From positions 2,272,001 through 2,336,000 of the forward strand of contig OZ245838.1 in assembly GCA_965228735.1 (NCBI GenBank): a DNA stretch of 64,000 bases, given 5' to 3'. Of this stretch, positions 28,229 through 38,845 are shown in pieces. Source of the stretch: Planctomycetota bacterium (GTDB taxonomy: Bacteria; Planctomycetota; UBA1135; UBA2386). The translations under genes were made by a program, and so were the position numbers. Position 1 is the first letter of the stretch; every line of letters starts with the position of its first letter. A model generated the notes under the pieces. The model saw only the letters and a program-made list of their open reading frames with translations, was not told where the DNA came from and did no database searches.

Positions 28229-30909
28229 ACGACGCGATGCGGCCAACGCCGGCACCGCTCCCGCTGCTGCGCTCGCTGCGCGGCCGGCTGATGGCCGCGA
28301 TCGCCGTCTTGCTGATCGCGACGACCGCGGCGCTCTCGGCCGCCAACTACTACGCCGCCCGCGGCATGTTGCGGTCGAGCCTCGAACGGCAGCTGGATCT
28401 GTACGGACAGGGACTGACGGCCGCGATCCGGTCGTTCGCGATGCTCCAGGAAGAACGCGTCCTGCTGGTGTCGAGCCGGACGCGACTGCGCCAGCTGTTG
28501 GCCAGCCTGGCGCGCGGTGAGATCACCGAGGCCGCCTGCCGCGAACAGACCGAGCGGATCCTGCGCGACGCGGCGGGCAGCATCGACTCGTTCGAATCGA
28601 TTCGCGTCGCGGGCCCCGACGGCCGGGTGATCACCGCGAGCGATCTCGCGATCGCGCACGGGAACGCGGCGGGCGACCCGGCATTCGAAGCTGGACGAAC
28701 CGAAGTCTACCTGTCGACGCCGGAACGATCGGCGCGCGGCATGCACGCCACGCTGAGCGCCCCCATCATCGCCGCGGACGGTCTCGAGCTCGGCGTCGTC
28801 CTGGTGTCGGTCGACGTGGGTTCGCTGCGTCAGTTGGTCCAGGCGATCGTGAGCGGGTACGAGACGGCCGAAGTCCGGCTCGCGACCCGCCGTGGCGATT
28901 CGATGCACTACGTCCTGCCCGGCAGTGCGGCCACGGCGGCCACCGCCGCGGACCCCGCGATGGAGCGCGCGCTGCACGGCGAATCCGGCTTCCTCGACGG
29001 CATCGAATTCGGCGGGCGCCGCGTCGTCACGGCGCACTCGCCGAGCGGCTATCGCGACTGGGGTCTGGTCGTGCAACTCGACGAGACCGAGGCCTACGCC
29101 GCGCTCTCCGGCCTGCTAGCGCCGTTCGGGTACATCGCGCTGCTCGGAGCGGGGCTCGCCATCTACGCCGGCGCCCGGCTGGCGCGACGGCTCGTGCGCC
29201 CGATCCAAACGCTCTCGAGCGCGGCGCTCGCGATCGAACGCGGCGACTTCCACGTGCGCGCCGATCTCACGACCCGGGATGAGTTCGGACTGCTCGGCGG
29301 CGCGTTCGACAGCATGGCGGAAGCACTCGAGACCTATCAGGACGAGATGGAGCAGCTGGTCGTCGCCAAGACCGAGGATCTCGAACGGTCACGCGAGGAG
29401 CTCCGCTCCGCCAAGGAACGCGCCGAGCAGGCGAGCAGCGCGAAGACCCGCTTCCTCGCGGGCATGAGCCACGAGATCCGAACGCCGCTGAACGGAATCC
29501 TCGGGATGGCGGAGATCCTGCTGCACTCGCGACTCGACGACGAGCAGCGGCGGCGCGTGCAGACCGTGCACGAATCGGGCCACCTGCTGCTGCGGCTGCT
29601 CAACGACATCCTCGACCTGTCGAAGGTCGAAGCGGGCAAGCTGGAGATCGCCGACCGGGACTTCTCGTTGTCGCGGCTTGCAACGGCAACACTGCAGTCG
29701 TTCGAGCCGGCCGTCGAGCAGAAGGGGCTCGAGCTGCGCTGCACGATCGTCGACGGCGGCCCCGACGCCGTCCGCGGTGACGCCGACCGGCTGCGACAGG
29801 TCCTGACGAACCTCGTCGGCAATGCGGTCAAGTTCACCGAACGCGGCTCGATCACGGTCGAGCTCCAGGTCGTGCCGGTGGACGACGCCTATCGTCTGCA
29901 GGCGGCCGTGCGCGACACCGGCATCGGCATCGCGCCCGACGAACTCGAGGCCGTCTTCGAGCGCTTCACGCAGCTCGGCACCCGACTGACCCGGATCCAC
30001 TCCGGCTCGGGCCTCGGCCTCGCGATCAGCAAACGTCTCGTCGAACGCATGGGCGGCGAGCTCAAAGTCGCCAGCCGCCTCGGCGAGGGCAGCGTGTTCT
30101 CGTTCGACATCGCCCTGCGCGCAGCCGAGGGCGACGTCGACTCGCAGTCGGCGGAGACGCCCGGCATCTCGACGGGCACCCCACTCACGGTCCTCGTCGT
30201 CGAGGACGGCAAGGTCAACCGCCGGGTCGCCCGCGGAATGCTCGAGGTCCTCGGACACACCGTGCTCGAGGCCGAGAACGGGGTCGAAGCGCTGCGCGTG
30301 CTCGCCGAACGCACCGTCGACGCCGTTCTCATGGACGCGGAGATGCCCGAGATGGACGGGTTCGAGACGACCCGGAGGATCCGCGCCGACGAGACGGCGG
30401 GTGTGCGACTGCCCATCATCGGCGTGTCCGCGCACGCGTTGCACGGCTTCCGGGAGCGCTGCCTCGAGGCCGGGATGGACAGCTTCCTGAGCAAACCGAT
30501 GTCGATGCGCGACCTCAACCGGCTGCTGCAACGGCTCACGGGTGGAGAGAGCGCGGAACCGGAGGCGAGCCCGCGCACCGCGCCCTCGACGCGGCACGCC
30601 ATCGCACTCGAGCGGGTCGGCGGCAACGAGGCGACGCTGCGGGCCGTCGTCGCGGCGTTCGGCCGCGAGGCCCCGCGACTGCAGCGCCAGATCGGCGAGG
30701 CGCTCGCGGCGAACGACACCGAGACGTGCACTCGCGCCGCGCACACGCTCAAGGGCGCGGCCGACACCCTCGGCTTCGAACGCCTCCGCGACATCGCGTT
30801 CGCGATCGAGACCCACGGCCGGCAGGGCGACCTCGGAGCGGCGCGGGAGCAGCGGGATGCGCTCGACACCGCGCTCGCGGCCGCGTTGCGAGAGCTCCAG
30901 ATCGCGTAG
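28225..30909 (+). CDS. Hybrid sensor histidine kinase (Cache-HAMP-HisKA-HATPase-REC-HPt)
   Basis: Two TMs; [50 protein letters not shown] HPt. Confidence 0.95.
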   Translation: MNDAMRPTPAPLPLLRSLRGRLMAAIAVLLIATTAALSAANYYAARGMLRSSLERQLDLYGQGLTAAIRSFAMLQEERVLLVSSRTRLRQLLASLARGEITEAACREQTERILRDAAGSIDSFESIRVAGPDGRVITASDLAIAHGNAAGDPAFEAGRTEVYLSTPERSARGMHATLSAPIIAADGLELGVVLVSVDVGSLRQLVQAIVSGYETAEVRLATRRGDSMHYVLPGSAATAATAADPAMERALHGESGFLDGIEFGGRRVVTAHSPSGYRDWGLVVQLDETEAYAALSGLLAPFGYIALLGAGLAIYAGARLARRLVRPIQTLSSAALAIERGDFHVRADLTTRDEFGLLGGAFDSMAEALETYQDEMEQLVVAKTEDLERSREELRSAKERAEQASSAKTRFLAGMSHEIRTPLNGILGMAEILLHSRLDDEQRRRVQTVHESGHLLLRLLNDILDLSKVEAGKLEIADRDFSLSRLATATLQSFEPAVEQKGLELRCTIVDGGPDAVRGDADRLRQVLTNLVGNAVKFTERGSITVELQVVPVDDAYRLQAAVRDTGIGIAPDELEAVFERFTQLGTRLTRIHSGSGLGLAISKRLVERMGGELKVASRLGEGSVFSFDIALRAAEGDVDSQSAETPGISTGTPLTVLVVEDGKVNRRVARGMLEVLGHTVLEAENGVEALRVLAERTVDAVLMDAEMPEMDGFETTRRIRADETAGVRLPIIGVSAHALHGFRERCLEAGMDSFLSKPMSMRDLNRLLQRLTGGESAEPEASPRTAPSTRHAIALERVGGNEATLRAVVAAFGREAPRLQRQIGEALAANDTETCTRAAHTLKGAADTLGFERLRDIAFAIETHGRQGDLGAAREQRDALDTALAAALRELQIA

Positions 30910-30918
30910 GTCGCGGGC

Positions 30919-32799
30919 TCAGAACCCGACCTGAGCGCAGATCCCGTTCGTCAACGTGATGCCGACCGCGTTGCCGGGCGTCGGCCCGAACACGCCGCCC
31001 TGCAGATAGACCGGCACACCGTTCGCGGCGGCCGGCACGGCCCACGACCAGCGCATGTCGGTGTTGGTCGCGTTGCCGAGCAACACGCTCGTCAGCACGA
31101 GACCGAGGTCGAGGTGCGACTCACAGCCCGGGAGACCGAAGCCGTCGAGCGGCAGGCCGGTCGGCAGGCCCGCGAAGCCGAGCGACAGGAAGCCGCCGAT
31201 CGGCTGCGCGGGGTTGGGGCCGAGGTTGTCGATCACCGCGTCGATCGTCGTGTTGATCGCGGGCGGGCCGGAGAGCAGCAGTCGCGGCGCGGTCGCACCG
31301 GTGCCGGTCGTGTGCTGCGTGAGCGCCGACCAGTCGATGGGCTCGCCGAGCGGCTGGCCGCCGCCAGGGCTGAAGCCGACGATCGCCGGCCGCAATGGGT
31401 TGGGCACGAGCTGCGCACCGTAGGCGAAAGTCACGGCGCCGGACGGGAGCATCTCGACCTGAACGTCGCATCGCGAGTTCGCCGTTCCCGCGACCTGCAC
31501 GTCGCGCCAGGTGATCCGGACGCCGCCGTTCGGACTCGGATCCTCGATGCGGAACGCGGCCGGGCTGTAGTAAAGGAACTGGGCGTGGAAAGGCGCCAGC
31601 AGCGGCAGATGGTCGCGGAACGACGCCAGCGTGCCGTCGTGCCCATTGATGGCCGCGGCCGGATCCGTCGTCGCGCCGAGGAAGATCTTGCCGTTCGAGT
31701 TGATCGTGATCTCGGTGCAGCTGCCGCCCGGGAACGGCAGACCGCCCGGGAACGTGCTCGACGGCAGCGGGTAGACCAGCGACCCGTCGTTCCAGCCCGA
31801 TGCGCTCGACGACGTCGGCGTCATCGCGAGGAGGTTGGCGCCCGAGCTGACCGCGGTCGGGCCGTCGAACACCGGCCCGCCGGGACTCACGTCGTAGTGG
31901 CCTCCGTTCGCGTCCGGGACGAACGCCAGCGTCCATTGGGTGTCGCGCAGGTCGGCTGCGCTCGCGACGGAGGAGACCCGTTCGAAGACGGCGCGCGGCG
32001 AGTCGTAGCACCCCGGTCCGATCGGCAGCGCCGCAGTCGCACCGCCACCACCGGGGCGATAGTCGATGGCGAGGTTGATGTCGTAGGTGTTCGAGACGCC
32101 GACCTGGACCGGATTCGGAACGAGGTTGCCGGCCGGATCGGTGACCCACCAGCCATACTGCATGACCCCGCCGTTCGACAGCGTCACGAACGGGTCGCTC
32201 CAACTCGTGGCCGGGTTCTGAAAGCCGACGACGGCCTCGATCCGACCCGGGTTCAGCAACGGCACGTTGGTCTGCCCCGGCAACTGGGCGGTGCCGCTCC
32301 ACGTGGTCGAGATCACCTCGATGCACAAGCCGTAGCTGCCAACCGGAATCAAGAAGGGCGCCGGCGCGCCCCCGAGATCGCGGAAGTCGGTGATCGGGCT
32401 CTCGCCGGGGAACGCAACGACCGTCATCACGCCACGCGCATCCGGCACACCCGCGCCGCTCAGCCCCCACATCGCGCGGTTGGACTCGTTGCCGGTCCGC
32501 GAACCCGGAGTCAGGTACACGCGCACCTCGACGCGATTGCCGACCTGGCTCGGGATGACCGGTGAACCGAGGCCCTGGTTGTAGGTCGGGATCGACATCG
32601 TCTCGACCTCGATCGGAACCTGCGTATCGATGTCGAAGTAGAAGTTCATGCTCGACGTCGCGTTGGCCCAGGTATGGAACGACGCCGCCCACGGATCGAA
32701 GTTGCGGAGCGTCCGGGTCTCGACCGACGCGCACTGAGCCGGTAGGTACGCGGAGAGGGTGGCGAGGAACAGGCCGATGAACGCAGGATTTCGGAGCAT
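30919..32799 (-). CDS. Secreted protein with shared C-terminal domain
   Basis: Signal peptide; IGPGCY; tail PPAIN...PGC...VPVYLQG...TNG. Confidence 0.85.
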   Translation of the reverse strand: MLRNPAFIGLFLATLSAYLPAQCASVETRTLRNFDPWAASFHTWANATSSMNFYFDIDTQVPIEVETMSIPTYNQGLGSPVIPSQVGNRVEVRVYLTPGSRTGNESNRAMWGLSGAGVPDARGVMTVVAFPGESPITDFRDLGGAPAPFLIPVGSYGLCIEVISTTWSGTAQLPGQTNVPLLNPGRIEAVVGFQNPATSWSDPFVTLSNGGVMQYGWWVTDPAGNLVPNPVQVGVSNTYDINLAIDYRPGGGGATAALPIGPGCYDSPRAVFERVSSVASAADLRDTQWTLAFVPDANGGHYDVSPGGPVFDGPTAVSSGANLLAMTPTSSSASGWNDGSLVYPLPSSTFPGGLPFPGGSCTEITINSNGKIFLGATTDPAAAINGHDGTLASFRDHLPLLAPFHAQFLYYSPAAFRIEDPSPNGGVRITWRDVQVAGTANSRCDVQVEMLPSGAVTFAYGAQLVPNPLRPAIVGFSPGGGQPLGEPIDWSALTQHTTGTGATAPRLLLSGPPAINTTIDAVIDNLGPNPAQPIGGFLSLGFAGLPTGLPLDGFGLPGCESHLDLGLVLTSVLLGNATNTDMRWSWAVPAAANGVPVYLQGGVFGPTPGNAVGITLTNGICAQVGF

Positions 32800-32986
32800 G
32801 AAGGGCGCTACTGAGCGGATTCCGCGAACGGGAGAATCACCCGAGAGTAGCGCGTTCTGCCCCCGGCGGTACCGGGTGACGGCGGGCCGCTGCGAGAACG
32901 AGGGAATCGGACATCCCGCCGTTTTTCGCGTGCGGCGTCAGGAACGCTGGGCATCCACCCCGCTACGCACTTCCAGCGCCGAACCC

Positions 32987-35401
32987 ATGTCCAGTACCCA
33001 CCGTGTCGTAGCGGCGATCGCCGCGCTTCTGCCGTTCACCTGCATCGCAACCGCGCAGGGCATCACCGATCCGCAGGCCCCTCGCGCCGGCCACCCGAGC
33101 GCTGATTACCCAATCGCGCAAGACTCCGAGACCGGCGATCCCCGCGGCATCGCGACGCATGGCACCCGACTCGAGCCCCGAATCACGAGGATCCACACGG
33201 CGCCCGACGACATGGGCGTGCCGTACGGAACATGGGCCGCGGGGGCCGGGTACAAGGCCTCGTTCCACGACGGCATGACGTTCGTGCCGTACCTCGGCCG
33301 CGACTACCCGCACAACCAGCCGTGGTCGTGGACGACGCGATCGGTCGCGATCGGCGAGGTCGAGCTCACCACCGAACCCGCGTCCCACCGTCACACCGAC
33401 ACGCGCTACGAGTACGACCTCGGCGGCGTCACCGAAGCCTACGATGTGCGCCTCGACGGCCTCGAGCAGACCTTCGTGATCCGATCGCGCCCGAACGCCA
33501 CGGGCGATCTGACCGTCGTCGGCGACATCACGAGCGCGCTCGCCGCCGAGCCGACGGCACCCGCGCACGGGCCGCTCGTGTTCCACGATGAACGCGCCGA
33601 ACCGGTCCTGTCCTACGGCGCCGCAACCGCGATCGATGCCGCGGGCCGATCGACGCCGATGTCGACGAGCTACAGCGGCGGCCGCATCACGCTGACCCTC
33701 GACGGCACCTGGCTGCAGAGCGCCACGTTCCCCGTGGTCGTCGATCCGCTGATCGGCAACGTCGCGATGCGATTCGGCACGCCGGCGTTCGACGTCGACG
33801 TGGTGCGCGATGACGTCGGGACCAGCGACAACGTCTGGTACATCTACTCGCGCTCGGCGTCCGCGACCGATACCGACCTCTGGCTCTGGCGGCGCGACGA
33901 CGACCTCCAGTCGACCGACGTCGGCGCGTTCATGGACACGACGACGAGCTGGTCCACGGACGGCGGCAAGCTGGCAGTGAGTGCCGCGACGGGCAAGGTC
34001 GTCGCGGTGTTCAGCCGCCATTGGCCGAGCCTCGTGCCGGAAGCGCGGCGACTGCGCTGGCACGCCCACGACATGTCGGATCTCACGAGCGACACGACCT
34101 ACGGCGCGCTCGTGGTGCAGTCCTCGAGCGGCGTCAACGACTGGCGCCCGGCGATCGGCGGCACGCGCTCGTTCTCGTCGGGCCGCGAGGTCTGCATCGT
34201 CTGGCAGCGCGAGGAGAACGGCGCCGGCAACGGCTTCAGCAACTCCGGGAGCAGCGCGATCTACGGCATGATCCTCGACATGTCGGCGAGCCAGCACGGG
34301 GCTGCGGGCACGCCGTTCCCGATCCGCGAGTATCCCACGCACGATGCCGAACGCCCGTCGATCAACCGGGCTTCCCGTGGCGCCGGCACCTACCGCTGGG
34401 CCGTCGCATACATGCTGTGGGACGGCAATCCGCTCGATCGCGACTGGGACATCTACCTCAAGCACGTCGACAACACGGGCGCCACGTTCGGCAGCGCCAA
34501 CCTCGAACCCAGCGCGCAGAACCACAAGCTCGGCCCGACGATCGACGGTCAGGACGGGCGCTACCTCGTCGTCTACGCGACCGTGCCCACGGCGACCGTC
34601 AACAACAAGACCGACACGATCCAGGGCCACGAGGTCAAGTCGGCGCGAGTGGACACGGTGAACTCGACGTTCACGGTGCTCGGGACCAGGTTCCTGATCT
34701 CCAACTCCGATCGGCGCTGGACGCCGGGCGGCTGCGCCTACGACACCGATTCGGCGAGCCATTGGGCGGTCACGTACCACAGCAACATCACGAACAACTC
34801 GTACATCACGCGGCTCGGCTACACCGGCGCGCTCCTGCGCCAGCACACGCTCTACGACGGCACGGCCACCGACGACCCGTTCGTCGGCGCACTGAGCTTC
34901 GACGACGACAACGACCGGTTCGTCAGCGTCTTCCCGGTCGCCAACCTCAACGCGTTCAGCCCGGTCTACGGTGACCTGCTGACCTACCCGACGGCGCCGC
35001 CGTGGACGCAGACCGGCACGACGTGCTGGACCGCGAACATCAACTGGCGTTCGGCCGGCAGCCTCGATCTGCAGGACCAGCAGATCGGCAACGAGTTCAC
35101 CGAGATCTTCGTCGGCGGCGCGCCGCAAAACGCGGTCCACTTCCTCATGATGTCGCTGGCCCCGAAGAACACGCCGGTCACCATCCCCGTCGTGGCGTCC
35201 GGCTGCCGCCTGCTCGTCGAGGACACCGGTCCCGCCTACCTCGGCGTCTTCCCGATCCGGATCGGCAACCTCGTGAGCTGGCAGCTGCCGCTGCCCGAGT
35301 TCTTGCCGGCGATGACGCTCTACTTCCAGGACTGGCACACGGACAGCTCGGCGTCGACGATGTACTCGACGCGACGGCTCACGGTGCCGCTCGTGCGGTG
35401 A
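32987..35401 (+). CDS. Large secreted protein with shared C-terminal domain
   Basis: Signal peptide; YEYDLGGVTEAY...GLEQTF N-domain, propeller-like middle; tail GTTC...SGC...LPLP...LYFQ...STRRL. Confidence 0.85.
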   Translation: MSSTHRVVAAIAALLPFTCIATAQGITDPQAPRAGHPSADYPIAQDSETGDPRGIATHGTRLEPRITRIHTAPDDMGVPYGTWAAGAGYKASFHDGMTFVPYLGRDYPHNQPWSWTTRSVAIGEVELTTEPASHRHTDTRYEYDLGGVTEAYDVRLDGLEQTFVIRSRPNATGDLTVVGDITSALAAEPTAPAHGPLVFHDERAEPVLSYGAATAIDAAGRSTPMSTSYSGGRITLTLDGTWLQSATFPVVVDPLIGNVAMRFGTPAFDVDVVRDDVGTSDNVWYIYSRSASATDTDLWLWRRDDDLQSTDVGAFMDTTTSWSTDGGKLAVSAATGKVVAVFSRHWPSLVPEARRLRWHAHDMSDLTSDTTYGALVVQSSSGVNDWRPAIGGTRSFSSGREVCIVWQREENGAGNGFSNSGSSAIYGMILDMSASQHGAAGTPFPIREYPTHDAERPSINRASRGAGTYRWAVAYMLWDGNPLDRDWDIYLKHVDNTGATFGSANLEPSAQNHKLGPTIDGQDGRYLVVYATVPTATVNNKTDTIQGHEVKSARVDTVNSTFTVLGTRFLISNSDRRWTPGGCAYDTDSASHWAVTYHSNITNNSYITRLGYTGALLRQHTLYDGTATDDPFVGALSFDDDNDRFVSVFPVANLNAFSPVYGDLLTYPTAPPWTQTGTTCWTANINWRSAGSLDLQDQQIGNEFTEIFVGGAPQNAVHFLMMSLAPKNTPVTIPVVASGCRLLVEDTGPAYLGVFPIRIGNLVSWQLPLPEFLPAMTLYFQDWHTDSSASTMYSTRRLTVPLVR

Positions 35402-35409
35402 TCGGCGCG

Positions 35410-37620
35410 TCAGCGCGGCGACTTGGCGAGCCGGGTCAGCCGTGCGGCCAGATCGGCCGGCGCCTCGAGCTGCACACCGCCCGCCGGTCCTTCGGGCGGC
35501 ACGACGATCCGTTCTTCGAACGCGTGCACGCGAGTCGACCCGGCCCACGGGGCCGGGTTGGGCAGGCCGCGTGCGTCGTACTGCATCGCGTGCAGCTCGA
35601 GCTGCAGCGGCGCACCGCGAGGCACGAACATCCGGCCTCGCCCACCAACCAGCCGTTCGACCGGCACGCGATCGACCAGGCCCAGCCCGCGCACCGCGAG
35701 CCCGAAGATCCAGGAACCATCGCCGGGCAGGCCGTTGACCACGACGTCGACGATGACCGGGTCGATCTCGACCTCACGATCACCACGGACGTGCACGCGC
35801 CGCAGGATCGGTCCGAACTCCACGTCGGCGCCATCCTCCGCGGGAACGAGCACCTGGACGCACGCCGTGGCGTCCGACGTGATGCCGGGCACCGGGCACG
35901 GTCGACCATCCGCATCGACGAGCCGGACCCTGTACGGACGCAGGGTGTCGGGCAGCGAGAGCTCGACCGTCGCGGGTTCGCGACGGTGACGATCGGCGAG
36001 GACGAGGCCCGTCACGTTCGCGAGAACGTCCAACTCACCCGCGCCGTCGCCATGGCCGATGACGACGTCGTACGTGCCCGGCTGCAATGAGAACCCGAAC
36101 CTGCCGTGGCGCCGGAGGCCACTCCACGCGCACCGCTTCGAGCCGCGATGCTCGCGCGCTTCGACGGCGAGGTGCGGCCAGACCGGCAGGTCGAGCAGCC
36201 CGCGCAAGCGACCACGGAACGCCGGCTCGCGCGTGGCCTTCTCACCGACGGTGACCACCACGTCTTCGCGCCCGCGCGCCACCGGCGGCGTGAGCATGCG
36301 ACCGTACTCCGGCACGTACAGCCCCATCGGTCCCTGGAACCACGGCCCGATGTGGATCCGGAACCGGCCCTCGTCGTCGCTCGACCCTCCCGCCCAGGCA
36401 CCATTGCCGTCGCTGAGTGAGAGCTGGGTGGCGACCGGTCGCCCGTCGCGATCGACGACCCGACCGGCGCAGTACAACGAGCGCGAGGACGCGGTCAGGA
36501 CCAGGTCGCTGACCTCCTGCGCACGCGGCCACGGCAGGTCCGGCAACTCGAACGGCGCGCACGACCACTCTTCGTGGTCCTCGTCCCGGAGCCGCACGAT
36601 CGCCCGCTGCCGGCCGCGTCGCCATCGCACGACGACCATCCCGCCTTCGATCCGAACGCCGCCGTCGTAGACCTGGTGCAGGCGCAGCACGTTGCCGTTC
36701 TCGTCGACGGGCCGGTAGCGCAGCTCCGGCGGCGGGGCCTCTACCTGCAGCTCCATGCGCACCGTCTCGGTCGTGCGCAGGACGATCGGGCCGTGGGTAT
36801 GCCCGGCAGCGACGAACCGAACGGGCACGCCGAGCGGCAGCCCGGTGACCCGGAGTTCGGCGCCCGCAGCGGCGAACGAGCGATGGTTGACGTTGCCGTC
36901 GAACGGCACCGCAGCGATCACCGAAACGGATCCGATCGATTCGGGCGCGCCATCGTGCAGGCCGACGAGGTGCAGCGTCCCCGTCTCGGGCAAACGGACC
37001 TCGCGCGGCTCGCGGCCCACGGCCGACGCGCGCAGGTCGACGACCTGACCGCCCGGCGGCAGCGCGCCGAACGGCGTTCGACGGTGCGCCAGACCACCGA
37101 CGACGTGATAGCGGGTACTCGCAACGGCGGGCGGCTCGAGCCGCCAACGAACCTCGCCGCGCCGGTCGCTCACTCCGCCCCCGAGCCGATACCCCACGAC
37201 CGGCGAGCCATCCGCGGCGACGATGCGCAACGACAACTCCGCGGTCGGCGCCGGCGCGAGAACGGGCGAGGCCTCGACCGAGACACCTGCCATCCAGCGA
37301 TCACCGTCCAGGACGACGACGGCGCACCCGGTCGGAACGGTGCCGCGCGCGTCGTCATCCAACGGCACCCGCCGGCCGGACCGCGCCGCGGCCGCGACGT
37401 AGTCGCGCCTCTCGAACCGCGTCGGCCACACCTCCCGCGGCAGCGCGATCACCAACGCCCGCGGCAGTGCCTCGCCGGTGCGCCAATCCACGACCCGGAT
37501 CGGACTGCCCTCGACGTTCTCGACGAGCGGCAGATCGAGCAGCGCCTGCACGGACTCCTGCGCCCGCCCCGCGCTCACGGTGGCCATCCACAACCCGAAA
37601 GCCAGTGCTCGCCCCACCAT
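35410..37620 (-). CDS. Secreted protein with carboxypeptidase-regulatory-like beta-sandwich repeats
   Basis: Signal peptide; GRVVDRDGRPV, SDDEGRFRI, LQPGTYDV. Confidence 0.7.
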   Translation of the reverse strand: MVGRALAFGLWMATVSAGRAQESVQALLDLPLVENVEGSPIRVVDWRTGEALPRALVIALPREVWPTRFERRDYVAAAARSGRRVPLDDDARGTVPTGCAVVVLDGDRWMAGVSVEASPVLAPAPTAELSLRIVAADGSPVVGYRLGGGVSDRRGEVRWRLEPPAVASTRYHVVGGLAHRRTPFGALPPGGQVVDLRASAVGREPREVRLPETGTLHLVGLHDGAPESIGSVSVIAAVPFDGNVNHRSFAAAGAELRVTGLPLGVPVRFVAAGHTHGPIVLRTTETVRMELQVEAPPPELRYRPVDENGNVLRLHQVYDGGVRIEGGMVVVRWRRGRQRAIVRLRDEDHEEWSCAPFELPDLPWPRAQEVSDLVLTASSRSLYCAGRVVDRDGRPVATQLSLSDGNGAWAGGSSDDEGRFRIHIGPWFQGPMGLYVPEYGRMLTPPVARGREDVVVTVGEKATREPAFRGRLRGLLDLPVWPHLAVEAREHRGSKRCAWSGLRRHGRFGFSLQPGTYDVVIGHGDGAGELDVLANVTGLVLADRHRREPATVELSLPDTLRPYRVRLVDADGRPCPVPGITSDATACVQVLVPAEDGADVEFGPILRRVHVRGDREVEIDPVIVDVVVNGLPGDGSWIFGLAVRGLGLVDRVPVERLVGGRGRMFVPRGAPLQLELHAMQYDARGLPNPAPWAGSTRVHAFEERIVVPPEGPAGGVQLEAPADLAARLTRLAKSPR

Positions 37621-37773
37621 GGCGGCATTGTCGCCGGTGGGCAGCGCCGATGCCAGGCGGCGCGTCGGCGATCGGGCTACTGCGGTGGGAACACTCGTCG
37701 AGCCCGTTCGTCCTCATCCATGCGTGGCATCGCCGCCGGAATGACGCGACACCAACGGCAGGGCCGACCGTGG

Positions 37774-38070
37774 TCAGTAGTCGAGTCGTACCCGAGCGAA
37801 GCGGTTGTCGTCGTCGAAGTAGATGTAGACGAGCGGCCACGACAACGTCTGCTCGTAGGTCCACGAGCTGCCGGAGTCATACTTCGGGCGGCCGACGATC
37901 GCGCGCACCTCGTCCTTGGACATGCCCACTTCGAGCCGGTCGAGATCATCGAGGTCGACCGGCCACTGATTGATGCGCCACATCAACGCTGCGAACCCGA
38001 GCACAACGATCGAAACGACGATGACGACCGCCCGCATCACCGCAACCAGAAAGCGACGGAGGCGCTGCAC
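37774..38070 (-). CDS. SmpA/OmlA (BamE-like) domain small protein
   Basis: N-terminal TM, then LEVGMSKDEVRAIVGRP...WTY...IYFDDD; start GTG 38070 or ATG 38037. Confidence 0.75.
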   Translation of the reverse strand: MQRLRRFLVAVMRAVVIVVSIVVLGFAALMWRINQWPVDLDDLDRLEVGMSKDEVRAIVGRPKYDSGSSWTYEQTLSWPLVYIYFDDDNRFARVRLDY

Positions 38071-38176
38071 GGCGCCAACCGTATCGGCGCCTGCACCCAC
38101 CCCCAACCCGGGGCAGCCGGCGGCTCGGACGAACGCCTGGCAACGAGCCCAGAGCGACCCGTGTAGAGTGATCATC

Positions 38177-38497
38177 ATGCCGAGCGACAAGCGCATGTCG
38201 GCGATGGCCACCGGAACCTGCCTGCTGATCAGCCTCGGTCTGGTCGCCGGCTACGTCGGCCTCTGGCTTCGACTCGTCTGCGATGTTCAGCACTACCCGC
38301 CAGCGGCGATCGGCGGGAGCTACTTGCTGATCTTCGCGCTCCCAGTTGCGGGGGTGGCGCTCTTGATCACCCTGGCGCTCTGGATCGGCCGGCGACGCGG
38401 CGCAGCCACGACCGTCGTCGTGACAACGGCTGGGGCAGCGGCCTTCATCTGGACGGGAGCCGCAGCAGCCGTCGGAATCTGGCTCGCCAGACAGTGA
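38177..38497 (+). CDS. Small three-TM membrane protein
   Basis: Three hydrophobic segments in 106 aa. Confidence 0.55.
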   Translation: MPSDKRMSAMATGTCLLISLGLVAGYVGLWLRLVCDVQHYPPAAIGGSYLLIFALPVAGVALLITLALWIGRRRGAATTVVVTTAGAAAFIWTGAAAAVGIWLARQ

Positions 38498-38634
38498 GCC
38501 CAGGCCCGAGCTGGCTCGACGCGCGTGCGACTTCGATCCCGACCTCGCGCGACGTATGGCAGTAGACGTCGGTCGTCGTCGATTCCTCGTGGTCGGCAGC
38601 CGCATGGGCACCGTCCGATCGACAGCGGGAGAAA

Positions 38635-38711
<77 letters not shown>

Positions 38712-38845
38712 ACAACGCTCCGCCAGCATCCTGGTCGAGACCAGGTCCGGCGAGCGAGCGGAGAAACCTAGCGAGCGCCGACACCGCGGTCAAGGCTTCC
38801 GCGGCAAGTCGTCTCGGACTGGGGCTGCGGGCCGCTTGCCGGCCC

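Noticed and set aside
32963..35548. 861-aa minus-strand ORF
   Set aside because: Shadow of the secreted protein at 32987-35401.
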